A stretch of 64,000 bases of DNA from contig JACWAF010000005.1 in the NCBI GenBank assembly GCA_014874185.1, positions 18,655-82,654 on the forward strand. Reading direction: 5' to 3'. Position 1 is the first letter of the stretch; each line of letters starts with the position of its first letter. Both the position numbers and the translations under genes were made by a program. This DNA is from Nitrospirota bacterium. GTDB taxonomy: Bacteria > Nitrospirota > Thermodesulfovibrionia > Thermodesulfovibrionales > JdFR-88. Positions 27,695-36,518 of the stretch are shown one piece after another. Below the pieces are notes generated by a model that worked only from the letters and a program-made list of their open reading frames with translations, searched no databases and had not been told where the DNA came from.

Positions 27695-29769
27695 AGACCT
27701 CACAGAGGCTTGTCTACAACTCGATAGAAAGGCTTGTCATACGGAAAAGGCGGATCGTGATCAGCCTTTTCCTTCTGGTGCAGGCCGCGCTTGCCAATTA
27801 CCTGGCTTTTATCCTGAGGCATGATTCAATCCTCAAGTACGAGGACCTTGGCGAATTCCTGCGTTTTCTCCCCCTGGTGGTGGCCGTCAGGATGCTCCTC
27901 TATCTGAAGGCCGGGCTTTACAAGAGCCTGTGGCGGTATGCCAGCGTAGAGGACCTGGTAAAAATAATAAAGACCTCAACCATGGGCAGCCTCATCCTGC
28001 TGGTTTCGATAAGGTATCTCTTCGGAGACGTCAATTATCCCCGTTCGGTATATCTGCTGGACTGGGCGCTCTTTATCCTGATCGCGGGCGGCACAAGGCT
28101 CCTGCTGAGGATTTTCAGGGAGTACATGCGGCACGAGCCAGGGCTGAAGAGGGTTCTGATCATAGGGGCTTCCGATGCGGGCGAGATGCTGGTCAGAGAG
28201 ATAAAGGGCAACCCCATGCACGGATACGAGCCCGTTGGCTTCATCGACGAGGACCCATACAAGAAGGGGCTTACCATCCACGGGGTGCCCATATTCGGCA
28301 AATATAACGCAATACCCAAAGTGATTAGCAGGTATAAGCCCGACGAGGTGCTGGTGGCGGCCAGCAACGGCAATCTGAAGAATATCTATGACCTTTGCAA
28401 GCCCTTCAATGTGAGCGTAAAAAAACTGCCGCGGCTCTCGGATATCCTGGACGGAAACATCTCCGTCTCGGCCAAGCTGGGCCAGCTGCTGGTGGAGGCC
28501 AATATGGTGACAGGGGCCCAGGTGCATGAGGCCCTGGAATATCAGAGGAAAGAGGGCGGCAGGTTCGGGGCCAAGCTGATAAAGCTGGGCTATATAAGCG
28601 AGGAGCACCTGGTCTCCTTCCTCAACAAGCAGTTCAGGGTCTCGCAGATCAAGCCCCTGCAGCTTGAGGACCTCCTCCAGAGGGAGCCCGTCAGGACGGA
28701 CATAAAGCTGCTGAGGGACTTCATCGAGGGCAAGTCCGTCCTGGTGACCGGGGCGGGCGGCTCCATAGGCTCGGAACTCTGCAGACAGATTGTAAAATAC
28801 GACCCCTCCGTGCTCGTCATGCTGGACCGTTATGAAAACAGCCTTTTTTACGTGGACAGGGAATTAAGGGAGGCCGCCCCGGGCGCGAATATAAAAACCG
28901 TCATCTGTGACATCCAGGACAGGCATGGGCTTGAGAAGCTGTTTGCGGCCTGCACGCCCGGCATCGTCTTCCACTCCGCGGCCTACAAGCACGTGCCGCT
29001 TATGGAGCACAACCCGGTAGAGGCGGCCAAAAACAATATATTCGGCACCAGCAACCTCCTTGAAACCTCCCGCAAGTACGAGGCGGACAGCTTTGTGACC
29101 ATTTCCACCGACAAGGCCGTGAACCCCACCAGCATAATGGGTGCGACAAAACGGGTGGCCGAGCTGCTTACCATCAACATGAATTCCGCGTCAAGGAAGA
29201 CGAAATTCACCGCCGTCCGCTTTGGGAACGTGCTCGGCACAAACGGAAGCGTGGTGCCGATCTTCAGGAGGCAGCTCCAGAAAGGCGGCCCCCTCACCGT
29301 CACCCACCCCGAGATGAAGCGATTCTTCATGCTCATCCCGGAAGCCATGCAGCTTGTCCTCATAGCCGCCGCCGCGGGGCGGGGCGGGGAAATTTTCGTT
29401 CTGGACATGGGAGAGCAGATAAAGATAACCGACCTGGCCGAAAACCTCATACGGCTCTCCGGGTTCATTCCCCACGAGGAGATAAAAATAGAATTCACGG
29501 GCCTGAGGCCCGGCGAAAAGCTTTATGAAGAACTCTTCAACCCCGATGAGAATATACTGCCCACCTTTCACGAGAAGCTGAGGATGGCCGTCTCTGACGT
29601 GCCCGCCATCCATCCGCACCACCTCTCGGAACTGGAAGGTTATGTGAAGGAGATGTCCGTGGAAGGGGTGATAGGATGGATACGGACTTTTGTCCCGAGG
29701 TACAAGCCCCAGCCGGCAGCCGGGCAGGAGGCCGTCCTCACGGCAAAGGACCTGCCCGTAAAGGCCTGA
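27691..29769 (+). CDS. CapD/PglF-type membrane UDP-GlcNAc 4,6-dehydratase with inserted MshEN module
   Basis: Four TM segments, GAS.AG domain, EDLL.RE, TGAGGSIGSELCRQ, AAYKHVP, ISTDKAV, RFGNVLG, GLRPGEKLYEEL. Insert at 28471-28638. Confidence 0.92.
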   Translation: MKTSQRLVYNSIERLVIRKRRIVISLFLLVQAALANYLAFILRHDSILKYEDLGEFLRFLPLVVAVRMLLYLKAGLYKSLWRYASVEDLVKIIKTSTMGSLILLVSIRYLFGDVNYPRSVYLLDWALFILIAGGTRLLLRIFREYMRHEPGLKRVLIIGASDAGEMLVREIKGNPMHGYEPVGFIDEDPYKKGLTIHGVPIFGKYNAIPKVISRYKPDEVLVAASNGNLKNIYDLCKPFNVSVKKLPRLSDILDGNISVSAKLGQLLVEANMVTGAQVHEALEYQRKEGGRFGAKLIKLGYISEEHLVSFLNKQFRVSQIKPLQLEDLLQREPVRTDIKLLRDFIEGKSVLVTGAGGSIGSELCRQIVKYDPSVLVMLDRYENSLFYVDRELREAAPGANIKTVICDIQDRHGLEKLFAACTPGIVFHSAAYKHVPLMEHNPVEAAKNNIFGTSNLLETSRKYEADSFVTISTDKAVNPTSIMGATKRVAELLTINMNSASRKTKFTAVRFGNVLGTNGSVVPIFRRQLQKGGPLTVTHPEMKRFFMLIPEAMQLVLIAAAAGRGGEIFVLDMGEQIKITDLAENLIRLSGFIPHEEIKIEFTGLRPGEKLYEELFNPDENILPTFHEKLRMAVSDVPAIHPHHLSELEGYVKEMSVEGVIGWIRTFVPRYKPQPAAGQEAVLTAKDLPVKA

Positions 29770-29770
29770 A

Positions 29771-31096
29771 ATGGCAGCCGTCACTGGGGCAAATGTACTG
29801 ATAGCCGATGACGAGCCCAATGCCCTGAGGGTGCTCTCGGCAATCCTCTCCAAAGAGGGATACGATGTCCGCGAGTCAGCCGACGTGGAATCGGCGATCA
29901 AGGCGCTCTCCAACCGTGATGTGGATGCCGTGATAACCGATCTCCGGATGCCAGGCAAGGACGGCATGCAGCTCTTCGATTTCATCCTGGAGAACCACCC
30001 GGAGGTGCCCGTTATTTTTCTGACCGCCTACGGGACGGTGGAATCAGCGGTGGGCGCCATGACACGCGGGGCCTTTTACTATTTCATAAAGCCTCCGGAC
30101 TACGAAAAGCTCAAGGGCGTCCTGGCCAGGGCCGTGGAGCAGCACCGTTTGAAAACAGGACTCTCCGTTGAGCGCGCCGGATCCAACCCTCTCAGGATCG
30201 TGGGCAGCAGCCCGGGCATCCAGAAGATATTCGGGATAATGGATTCCGTGAAGGACTCTGAAAGCAGCGTCCTCATAAAAGGCGAGACCGGCACTGGCAA
30301 GGAGATGATAGCGAGGACCCTGCATTTCGGGAGCGTCCGGAGGGACATGCCATTTACGGCCGTGAACTGCGCGGCCATTCCAGGCGAACTCATGGAATCG
30401 GAACTGTTCGGCTATGAAAGGGGGGCCTTTACCGGGGCCGTCTCGAGGAGGATAGGAAAGTTCGAGGAAGCGGATGCGGGCACCGTCTTCCTGGACGAAA
30501 TAAGCGAGCTGGAACTCCCGCTGCAGGCAAAACTCCTCCGCGTCCTCCAGGAGAGGGAGATCGAAAGGATCGGAAGCAGCAGGAAGATAAAGGTCAGGTT
30601 CAGGCTGGTATGCTCCACGAACCGCGACTTGTCCCATGAGGTGGCGGAAGGGCGCTTCAGGGAGGACCTCTATTACCGGATAAACGTTGTGCAGATAGAC
30701 GTCCCACCCCTGAGGGAGAGGACCGGGGACATACCGCTTCTGGCATCTGAGTTCCTGGACGAGTTCTGCCGCAGGGAGGCGAAATGCCTCTCCATCGCCG
30801 AAGAAGTGCTGCCCATGCTTGGCAGGTATCAGTGGCCGGGCAACATCCGGCAGCTTAAAAACATGATCGAGAGGGCCGTGGTGCTGGCCGAAGGCGGGGT
30901 GATAACCGGCCGGGAACTCCCGGACGAGCTGCAATCCTTCGGGAGAAGGATACTCACGCCCATAAAGACCCTGAAGGAGATGGAATTGCAGGCAATAAAA
31001 AATACCCTCAAGGCGTGCAGGGGAAACAAGTCGAAGGCGGCCAGGCTGCTCGGGATATCCCGGAAGGCCTTTTACAGGAGGCTGAGGGAATGCTGA
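29771..31096 (+). CDS. sigma54-dependent response regulator (REC-AAA-Fis)
   Basis: GETGTGKE, GAFTGA, WPGNIRQL, Fis-type HTH. Close paralog of 15297-16670. Confidence 0.92.
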   Translation: MAAVTGANVLIADDEPNALRVLSAILSKEGYDVRESADVESAIKALSNRDVDAVITDLRMPGKDGMQLFDFILENHPEVPVIFLTAYGTVESAVGAMTRGAFYYFIKPPDYEKLKGVLARAVEQHRLKTGLSVERAGSNPLRIVGSSPGIQKIFGIMDSVKDSESSVLIKGETGTGKEMIARTLHFGSVRRDMPFTAVNCAAIPGELMESELFGYERGAFTGAVSRRIGKFEEADAGTVFLDEISELELPLQAKLLRVLQEREIERIGSSRKIKVRFRLVCSTNRDLSHEVAEGRFREDLYYRINVVQIDVPPLRERTGDIPLLASEFLDEFCRREAKCLSIAEEVLPMLGRYQWPGNIRQLKNMIERAVVLAEGGVITGRELPDELQSFGRRILTPIKTLKEMELQAIKNTLKACRGNKSKAARLLGISRKAFYRRLREC

Positions 31097-31101
31097 AGGT
31101 A

Positions 31102-31140
31102 TGTAACTTTCAGAAACAAGGAATGTTTCCTTTGTATACA
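31102..31140. promoter_or_regulatory. Tandem TGT-N11-ACA enhancer
   Basis: TGTAACTTTCAGAAACA (31102-31118) and TGTTTCCTTTGTATACA (31124-31140). Confidence 0.62.
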
Positions 31141-31151
31141 GAAAAGAGGAA

Positions 31152-31556
31152 GTGGACCCGGGCCGTATGAGCGGAATGCTCCAGTCATACAGGCGGATAC
31201 TGATAATAGACGAGGCCGGATTCTGCCGGGTCTGCTCGGCCCTCCTTGAGGCCGAGGGTTACCGGGCCGAGGCCGTCAGCGACCTGGGCCTTGCGCTCAC
31301 CCTCTGCAAAACCGGCCCCTTCGGGCTGATCATAACCAGTTATCCTTTCGGGGCGGGTATTTTCAAGGAGATAAAGGGCCTGAAGACCCCCATGATTGTC
31401 CTCTCCGACCAGGTCAGCAGGGAACTGATAGGGACCCTTCAGCTCCTGGACAGTTCATATTGCATGATAAAACCCATAGATTACATGAAATTCAGGGGGG
31501 TGGTGAGGCGGGTGTTGAGCGGGGCCGAATGCGGGAATGGATGCAAGATCATATGA
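31152..31556 (+). CDS. Stand-alone atypical receiver-domain protein
   Basis: RILIIDE...EGY...LIITSYP...P.IVLS...IKP receiver pattern. Start could be 31167 or 31176. Confidence 0.7.
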   Translation: MDPGRMSGMLQSYRRILIIDEAGFCRVCSALLEAEGYRAEAVSDLGLALTLCKTGPFGLIITSYPFGAGIFKEIKGLKTPMIVLSDQVSRELIGTLQLLDSSYCMIKPIDYMKFRGVVRRVLSGAECGNGCKII

Positions 31557-31560
31557 ATTC

Positions 31561-31577
31561 CGGGCACGGTGTTTGCT
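31561..31577 (+). promoter_or_regulatory. sigma54 promoter of the second polysaccharide operon
   Basis: CGGGCACGGTGTTTGCT, GG-N10-GC. Confidence 0.7.
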
Positions 31578-31615
31578 TTCCCGGATTGAGAGAACTCTCA
31601 TGGCCCTCCGGGTGG

Positions 31616-31641
31616 TGTAACCCAGGAGGCGGAGCATTGCC
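31616..31641 (+). promoter_or_regulatory. JUMPstart/ops-like element, copy 2
   Basis: TGTAACCCAGGAGGCGGAGCATTGCC in the leader of rfbF. Confidence 0.6.
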
Positions 31642-31662
31642 CGGGGCTGAAAGGAGATGGCG

Positions 31663-32436
31663 ATGAAGGCCGTTATACTTGCCGGCGGGCTTGGCACAAG
31701 GCTGGCCGAAGAGACCGTGACCAAGCCAAAGCCCATGGTCGAAGTGGGCGGGAAACCGATGCTCTGGCACATTATGAACATCTACTCCGCCTACGGCATA
31801 GACGAGTTCATAATAGCCGTGGGCTACAGGGCCGAGGCCATAAAAAAATATTTCCTTAACTTCTACGCCATCAACAACGATATCACGATAGACCTCTCGC
31901 ACGGAGAGACCATAGTGCACGGCGGAAACCAGCCCAAATGGAAGGTGCATGTAGTGGATACGGGGCTTTATACCCAGACGGGCGGCAGGCTCCGCCGCCT
32001 TAGGAAATGGCTTGAGGATGAGGATTTGTTCATGTTCACCTACGGCGACGGAGTGGCGGACGTGAATGTCCGTGAGCTGCTCGCCTTCCACCGTTCCCAT
32101 GGCAGGCTGGCCACGGTCACCACGGTGCGCTCTCCGGCGCGGTTTGGAAGGATCTCATTCGACGGCGACCGGATCACCGATTTCTACGAGAAGCCCCAAT
32201 CCGGAGAGGGCTGGATTAACGGGGGGTATTTTATCCTCTCCCCGGCCGTCCTGGACTACATAGAGGCGGACGACACGGTCTGGGAGCGCGGCCCGGTAGA
32301 AAGGCTGGCCAGCGAGAAACAGCTTGCAGGATACAGGCACTACGGGTTCTGGTCCTGCATGGACACCTTAAAGGAAAAAAATTACCTCGAAGACCTCTGG
32401 AATTCGGGCAAGGCGCCCTGGGTGGTCTGGGCCTGA
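31663..32436 (+). CDS. rfbF: Glucose-1-phosphate cytidylyltransferase
   Basis: MKAVILAGGLGTRL.EET..KPKPMVE, TGGRL, TYGDG, FWSCMDT. SD AAGGAG favours ATG 31663. Confidence 0.9.
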   Translation: MKAVILAGGLGTRLAEETVTKPKPMVEVGGKPMLWHIMNIYSAYGIDEFIIAVGYRAEAIKKYFLNFYAINNDITIDLSHGETIVHGGNQPKWKVHVVDTGLYTQTGGRLRRLRKWLEDEDLFMFTYGDGVADVNVRELLAFHRSHGRLATVTTVRSPARFGRISFDGDRITDFYEKPQSGEGWINGGYFILSPAVLDYIEADDTVWERGPVERLASEKQLAGYRHYGFWSCMDTLKEKNYLEDLWNSGKAPWVVWA

Positions 32437-33647
32437 TGATAACGGCGGATTTTCTGGTAATAGGCGGGGGGATTATCGGCCTGACCGCCGCGCGCGAGCT
32501 GAAAAAGACATATCCGGGCTCCAAGGTGGTGCTCATCGAAAAGGAGCCCGATTGCGGCCTGCACGCAAGCGGCCGCAACAGCGGCGTGCTCCATGCAGGC
32601 TTCTATTACACGAAAGACACAATGAAGGCGAAATTCACCAGGGAGGGCAACCGGGCCCTTACAGAGTATTGCGAGTCCAGGAGAATACCCGTAAACAGGT
32701 GCGGAAAGCTTGTAGTCGCCAGAAACCAGAGCGAGCTGGCTTCGCTGCGCGAACTCCTCGAAAGGGGAAAGACCAACGGGATAGAACTGCACGAGATACC
32801 CGAGGCGGAGGCCAGAAAGATAGAGCCCCGCGTAAAGACGTTCGGCAGCGCTCTCTTCTCCCCCACCACTTCCACCGTAAACCCCGTGCAGGTGATGCGG
32901 GAGATGAAAAACGACGCGATACGCGAGGGCATAAAGGTCCATACCGGTGTGAGATATACCGGCAGGAACGGGAAATCGGTAAAGACTAGCGCGGGCGACT
33001 ACCAGGCCGCTTACCACGTGAACGCCGCGGGCCTTTACGCCGACAAGATTGCCAGGGACTTCGGCTTTTCGGAGAACTACTGCCTCCTGCCGTTCAAGGG
33101 CATTTATCTGTACTCCGACGAGCCGCCCGGCTCGGTCAGGACCAACGTCTACCCAGTCCCGGACCTTGGGAACCCGTTCCTGGGCGTGCACTTTACAGTC
33201 ACCTCAGAACGGAAGATAAAGATCGGCCCCACGGCCATCCCGGCATTCTGGCGGGAGCAGTATGGCATGCTGGACAATTTCTCGCTGACCGAGCTTATGG
33301 AGATAGTGGCGCGCGAGTTTACGCTTTTCCTTTCCTCGAAATTCGACTTCAGGAGACTGGCCCTTGAGGAGATGAAGAAATATTCCAGGAACTACATGGT
33401 CTCGCTTGCATCCAGTCTCCTCAGCGGCGTCAACAGGGACGTCTTCAACAGGTGGGCCCGGCCCGGCATAAGGGCCCAGCTCGTAAACACGAAAGAAAAA
33501 AGGCTGGAGATGGACTTCGTGCTGGAAGGCGACGAGGGTTCCATGCACGTGCTGAACGCGGTCTCGCCCGCCTTCACTTGCTCGATGCCTTTTGCGAGGC
33601 ACATCTGCGCGGAAATAAAAAAGCGGATCAACCAGGAGCGCCAATGA
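32436..33647 (+). CDS. LhgO-like FAD-dependent oxidoreductase
   Basis: IGGGIIG, SGRNSGVLHAG.YY, YPVPD...PFLGVH, GIRAQ, SPAFT. Confidence 0.85.
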   Translation: MITADFLVIGGGIIGLTAARELKKTYPGSKVVLIEKEPDCGLHASGRNSGVLHAGFYYTKDTMKAKFTREGNRALTEYCESRRIPVNRCGKLVVARNQSELASLRELLERGKTNGIELHEIPEAEARKIEPRVKTFGSALFSPTTSTVNPVQVMREMKNDAIREGIKVHTGVRYTGRNGKSVKTSAGDYQAAYHVNAAGLYADKIARDFGFSENYCLLPFKGIYLYSDEPPGSVRTNVYPVPDLGNPFLGVHFTVTSERKIKIGPTAIPAFWREQYGMLDNFSLTELMEIVAREFTLFLSSKFDFRRLALEEMKKYSRNYMVSLASSLLSGVNRDVFNRWARPGIRAQLVNTKEKRLEMDFVLEGDEGSMHVLNAVSPAFTCSMPFARHICAEIKKRINQERQ

Positions 33648-34732
33648 AGATACTGATAACCGGGAACATGGGCTATATCGGCCCTTCCGTAATCAGAGAG
33701 CTTAGACAATCATATCCATATGCCACGCTTGCGGGGTACGACAGCGGCTTTTTCGCCAGCTGCCTCGCAAACGCCGACTTCCTTCCGGAGCGGCGGATGG
33801 ACTACCAGCACTTTGGCGATGTGAGGCATCTGCCCGAGTCTCTCCTGGAAGGCACGGACGCGGTAATCCATCTGGCGGCAATATCGAACGACCCCATCGG
33901 GAACATGTTCGAGGACGTCACCTATGAAATAAACTACCTGGCCACGGTTGAGCTTGCGAAAAGGGCCAGGGCAAAGGGCGTGCGCTCTTTCGTATACGCC
34001 TCAAGCTGCAGCATGTACGGCCATGCCGAGGACGGCGCCCGGACGGAACTGTCGCCCCTGAACCCCCTCACCGCTTATGCGAAAACGAAGGTGTTTTCGG
34101 AGAGACAGCTTGAACAGCTTGCAGGGAAGGACTTCAAGGTGACAAGCCTCAGGTTCTCCACTGCCTGCGGCATGAGCGAGCGGCTGAGGCTGGACCTCGT
34201 CCTGAACGATTTCGTGGCGAGCGCGGTTGCAGGCGGAAGGATAACGATCCTCAGCGACGGGGCCCCCTGGAGACCGCTTATAAATATAAAGGACATGGCG
34301 AGGGCGATAGACTGGGCGGTTGGCAGGAGCGTTGAAAACGGCGGTGAATATGTTGCGGTAAACGTGGGCAGCAGCCGGTGGAATTACCAGGTAAAAGACC
34401 TGGCCCGGGCGGTGGCGGAGGTGATCCCGGGGACCGGGATAAGCATCAACCCGAATGCCCGGCCGGACAAACGCTCCTACAAGGTGGACTTCTCGCTTTA
34501 TGAGCGCCTGGCGCCCGGGCACCAGCCGGGGGTAGACCTCCTTTCCACGATAAGGGAGTTGAAAGAGGGGCTGGAATCCATGGGATTTAATGACCCTGAT
34601 TTCAGGAATTCCCGGTTCATACGCCTGAACGTGCTCAGGGACTTCAGGGAACGCGGCATCCTCAGCGAAAAGCTGGAATGGGTTGAAAAAAGCGTGCCGG
34701 CCTCCGTTGAGCGCCAGGAGGCCGCCATATGA
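33644..34732 (+). CDS. NAD-dependent sugar epimerase/dehydratase
   Basis: MKILITGNMGYIG, LAAISNDP, SSCS.YG, YAKTK. ATGA coupling at 33644. Confidence 0.88.
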   Translation: MKILITGNMGYIGPSVIRELRQSYPYATLAGYDSGFFASCLANADFLPERRMDYQHFGDVRHLPESLLEGTDAVIHLAAISNDPIGNMFEDVTYEINYLATVELAKRARAKGVRSFVYASSCSMYGHAEDGARTELSPLNPLTAYAKTKVFSERQLEQLAGKDFKVTSLRFSTACGMSERLRLDLVLNDFVASAVAGGRITILSDGAPWRPLINIKDMARAIDWAVGRSVENGGEYVAVNVGSSRWNYQVKDLARAVAEVIPGTGISINPNARPDKRSYKVDFSLYERLAPGHQPGVDLLSTIRELKEGLESMGFNDPDFRNSRFIRLNVLRDFRERGILSEKLEWVEKSVPASVERQEAAI

Positions 34733-35970
34733 AAAAGAACGGCGGGTTCGCCTGCAGGTTCTGCGGGGCGGCCCTGGAGCACGACTTCGTGGACCTCGGC
34801 ATGTCGCCGCTCGCGAACTCGTATCTGAAAAGAGAGCAGCTCCTGCAGATGGAACCCTTCTTCCCGTTGAAGGCGTTCGTGTGCGGCTCGTGCTTCCTTG
34901 TGCAGCTTCCGGCTTTTAACACCCCCTCCGAGATATTCGGCGATTACGCCTATTTCTCTTCGTACTCTGACTCCTGGCTGGCACACGCAAAAAAGTATGC
35001 GGAAGAGGTTTCGGTCCGCTTCGGCCTGGGCTCCTTCAGCCAGGTGATAGAAGTGGCCAGCAATGACGGCTATCTCCTGAAGAACTTCAAGCTGAAAGGC
35101 GTCCCCGTGCTGGGCATAGAGCCCGCCCGGAACGTGGCCCAGGCCGCGATCAAGAGCGGGATACCCACGCTGATAGAGTTCTTCGGCCGGGAGTCCGCCG
35201 GGCATCTGGCAAAAGAGGGCGTCCATGCGGACCTCCTTGTCGGCAACAACGTGCTGGCCCATGTGCCGGATATAAACGATTTCGTCGCGGGAATGAAAAC
35301 GGTCCTTAATTCGCGCGGCGTTATAACAATGGAATTTCCGCATCTCATGCGCCTGATGGAGCAGAACCAGTTCGACACCATATACCACGAGCATTTCTCC
35401 TATTTCTCCCTGGTCACGGCCGAAAAAATATTCGCCGCGCACGGGCTTGTCATTTTTGATGTCGATGAGCTTCCCACTCACGGCGGCTCTCTGAGAATTT
35501 ACGCGCGCCACGATGATGACAATTCGAAACCCGTTGGGCCGAAGGTGGCGGGCCTGATGGAGCGCGAGATCAATGCCGGTTTCACCGATCTCCATTTTTA
35601 CAGGTCATTTGCCGAGAAAGTAAAGGACACGAAACGTAAGGTGCTTGATTTCGTGATAAGGGCCAAGGCAGAGGGAAAGAGCGTGGCCGGATACGGCGCC
35701 CCCGCCAAGGGCAACACGCTTCTCAATTACTGCGGGATCAGGACGGATTTCATTGAGTTCACGGTAGACCGCAGTCCGCACAAACAGGGCCTTTACCTGC
35801 CGGGCACGCACATACCCGTCCATCCTCCGGAGAAGATCGAGGAGTCCATGCCGGATTACCTGGTTGTGCTGCCCTGGAACCTGAAGGAAGAGATCATGGA
35901 GCAGATGTCCTTTATCCGCCAGTGGGGCGGAAAATTCGTGGTCTTCATCCCCGAAGTCAGGGTGCTTTGA
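34729..35970 (+). CDS. NDP-hexose C-methyltransferase
   Basis: CRFC...DLG.SPLAN, C..C, EVASNDG, FDTIYHEH, THGGSLR, GYGAPAKG. Confidence 0.9.
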   Translation: MKKNGGFACRFCGAALEHDFVDLGMSPLANSYLKREQLLQMEPFFPLKAFVCGSCFLVQLPAFNTPSEIFGDYAYFSSYSDSWLAHAKKYAEEVSVRFGLGSFSQVIEVASNDGYLLKNFKLKGVPVLGIEPARNVAQAAIKSGIPTLIEFFGRESAGHLAKEGVHADLLVGNNVLAHVPDINDFVAGMKTVLNSRGVITMEFPHLMRLMEQNQFDTIYHEHFSYFSLVTAEKIFAAHGLVIFDVDELPTHGGSLRIYARHDDDNSKPVGPKVAGLMEREINAGFTDLHFYRSFAEKVKDTKRKVLDFVIRAKAEGKSVAGYGAPAKGNTLLNYCGIRTDFIEFTVDRSPHKQGLYLPGTHIPVHPPEKIEESMPDYLVVLPWNLKEEIMEQMSFIRQWGGKFVVFIPEVRVL

Positions 35971-36518
35971 TGAGATTTAAGGAAACCAGGCTGAAGGACG
36001 CCTGCATGGTGGAGCCCGAGAGGATGCGGGACGAGCGGGGCTTTTTCGCCCGCGCCTGGTGCGAAAGGGAGTTCCGGCTAAAGGGTATAAACTTCCGCAC
36101 CGTCCAGTGCAGCATCTCTTTCAGCAGGCATGCGGGCACGCTCCGCGGCATGCACTTCCAGGTGGCCCCTTACGAAGAGGCAAAGATCGTCAGGTGCACG
36201 AAAGGCGCCGTTTATGACGTCTTCATAGACCTTCGCCCAGGTTCCGAAACATACAAGAAATGGGATTCCGCCGAGCTTACGGAAGAAAACAGAAGGATGG
36301 TTTACATCCCCAAGGGCTTCGCGCACGGCTTCCTCACCCTTCTGCCGGATACGGAGGTCTTCTACCAGATGTCGGAGTTCTATGCACCTGGGTATGCCCG
36401 GGGGGTCAGATGGAATGATCCGGCCTTCGGGATCGCCTGGCCGGACCTGGTGAAGGTCATATCGGAAAGGGACAGGCTCTATCAGGACTTCCAATCCATA
36501 GAGTGCCAGCTCATATGA
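35970..36518 (+). CDS. RmlC/RfbC-family NDP-4-keto-sugar 3,5-epimerase
   Basis: DERGFF, GTLRGMHFQ, DLRP.S, P.GFAHGF.TL, WNDP. Confidence 0.88.
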   Translation: MRFKETRLKDACMVEPERMRDERGFFARAWCEREFRLKGINFRTVQCSISFSRHAGTLRGMHFQVAPYEEAKIVRCTKGAVYDVFIDLRPGSETYKKWDSAELTEENRRMVYIPKGFAHGFLTLLPDTEVFYQMSEFYAPGYARGVRWNDPAFGIAWPDLVKVISERDRLYQDFQSIECQLI

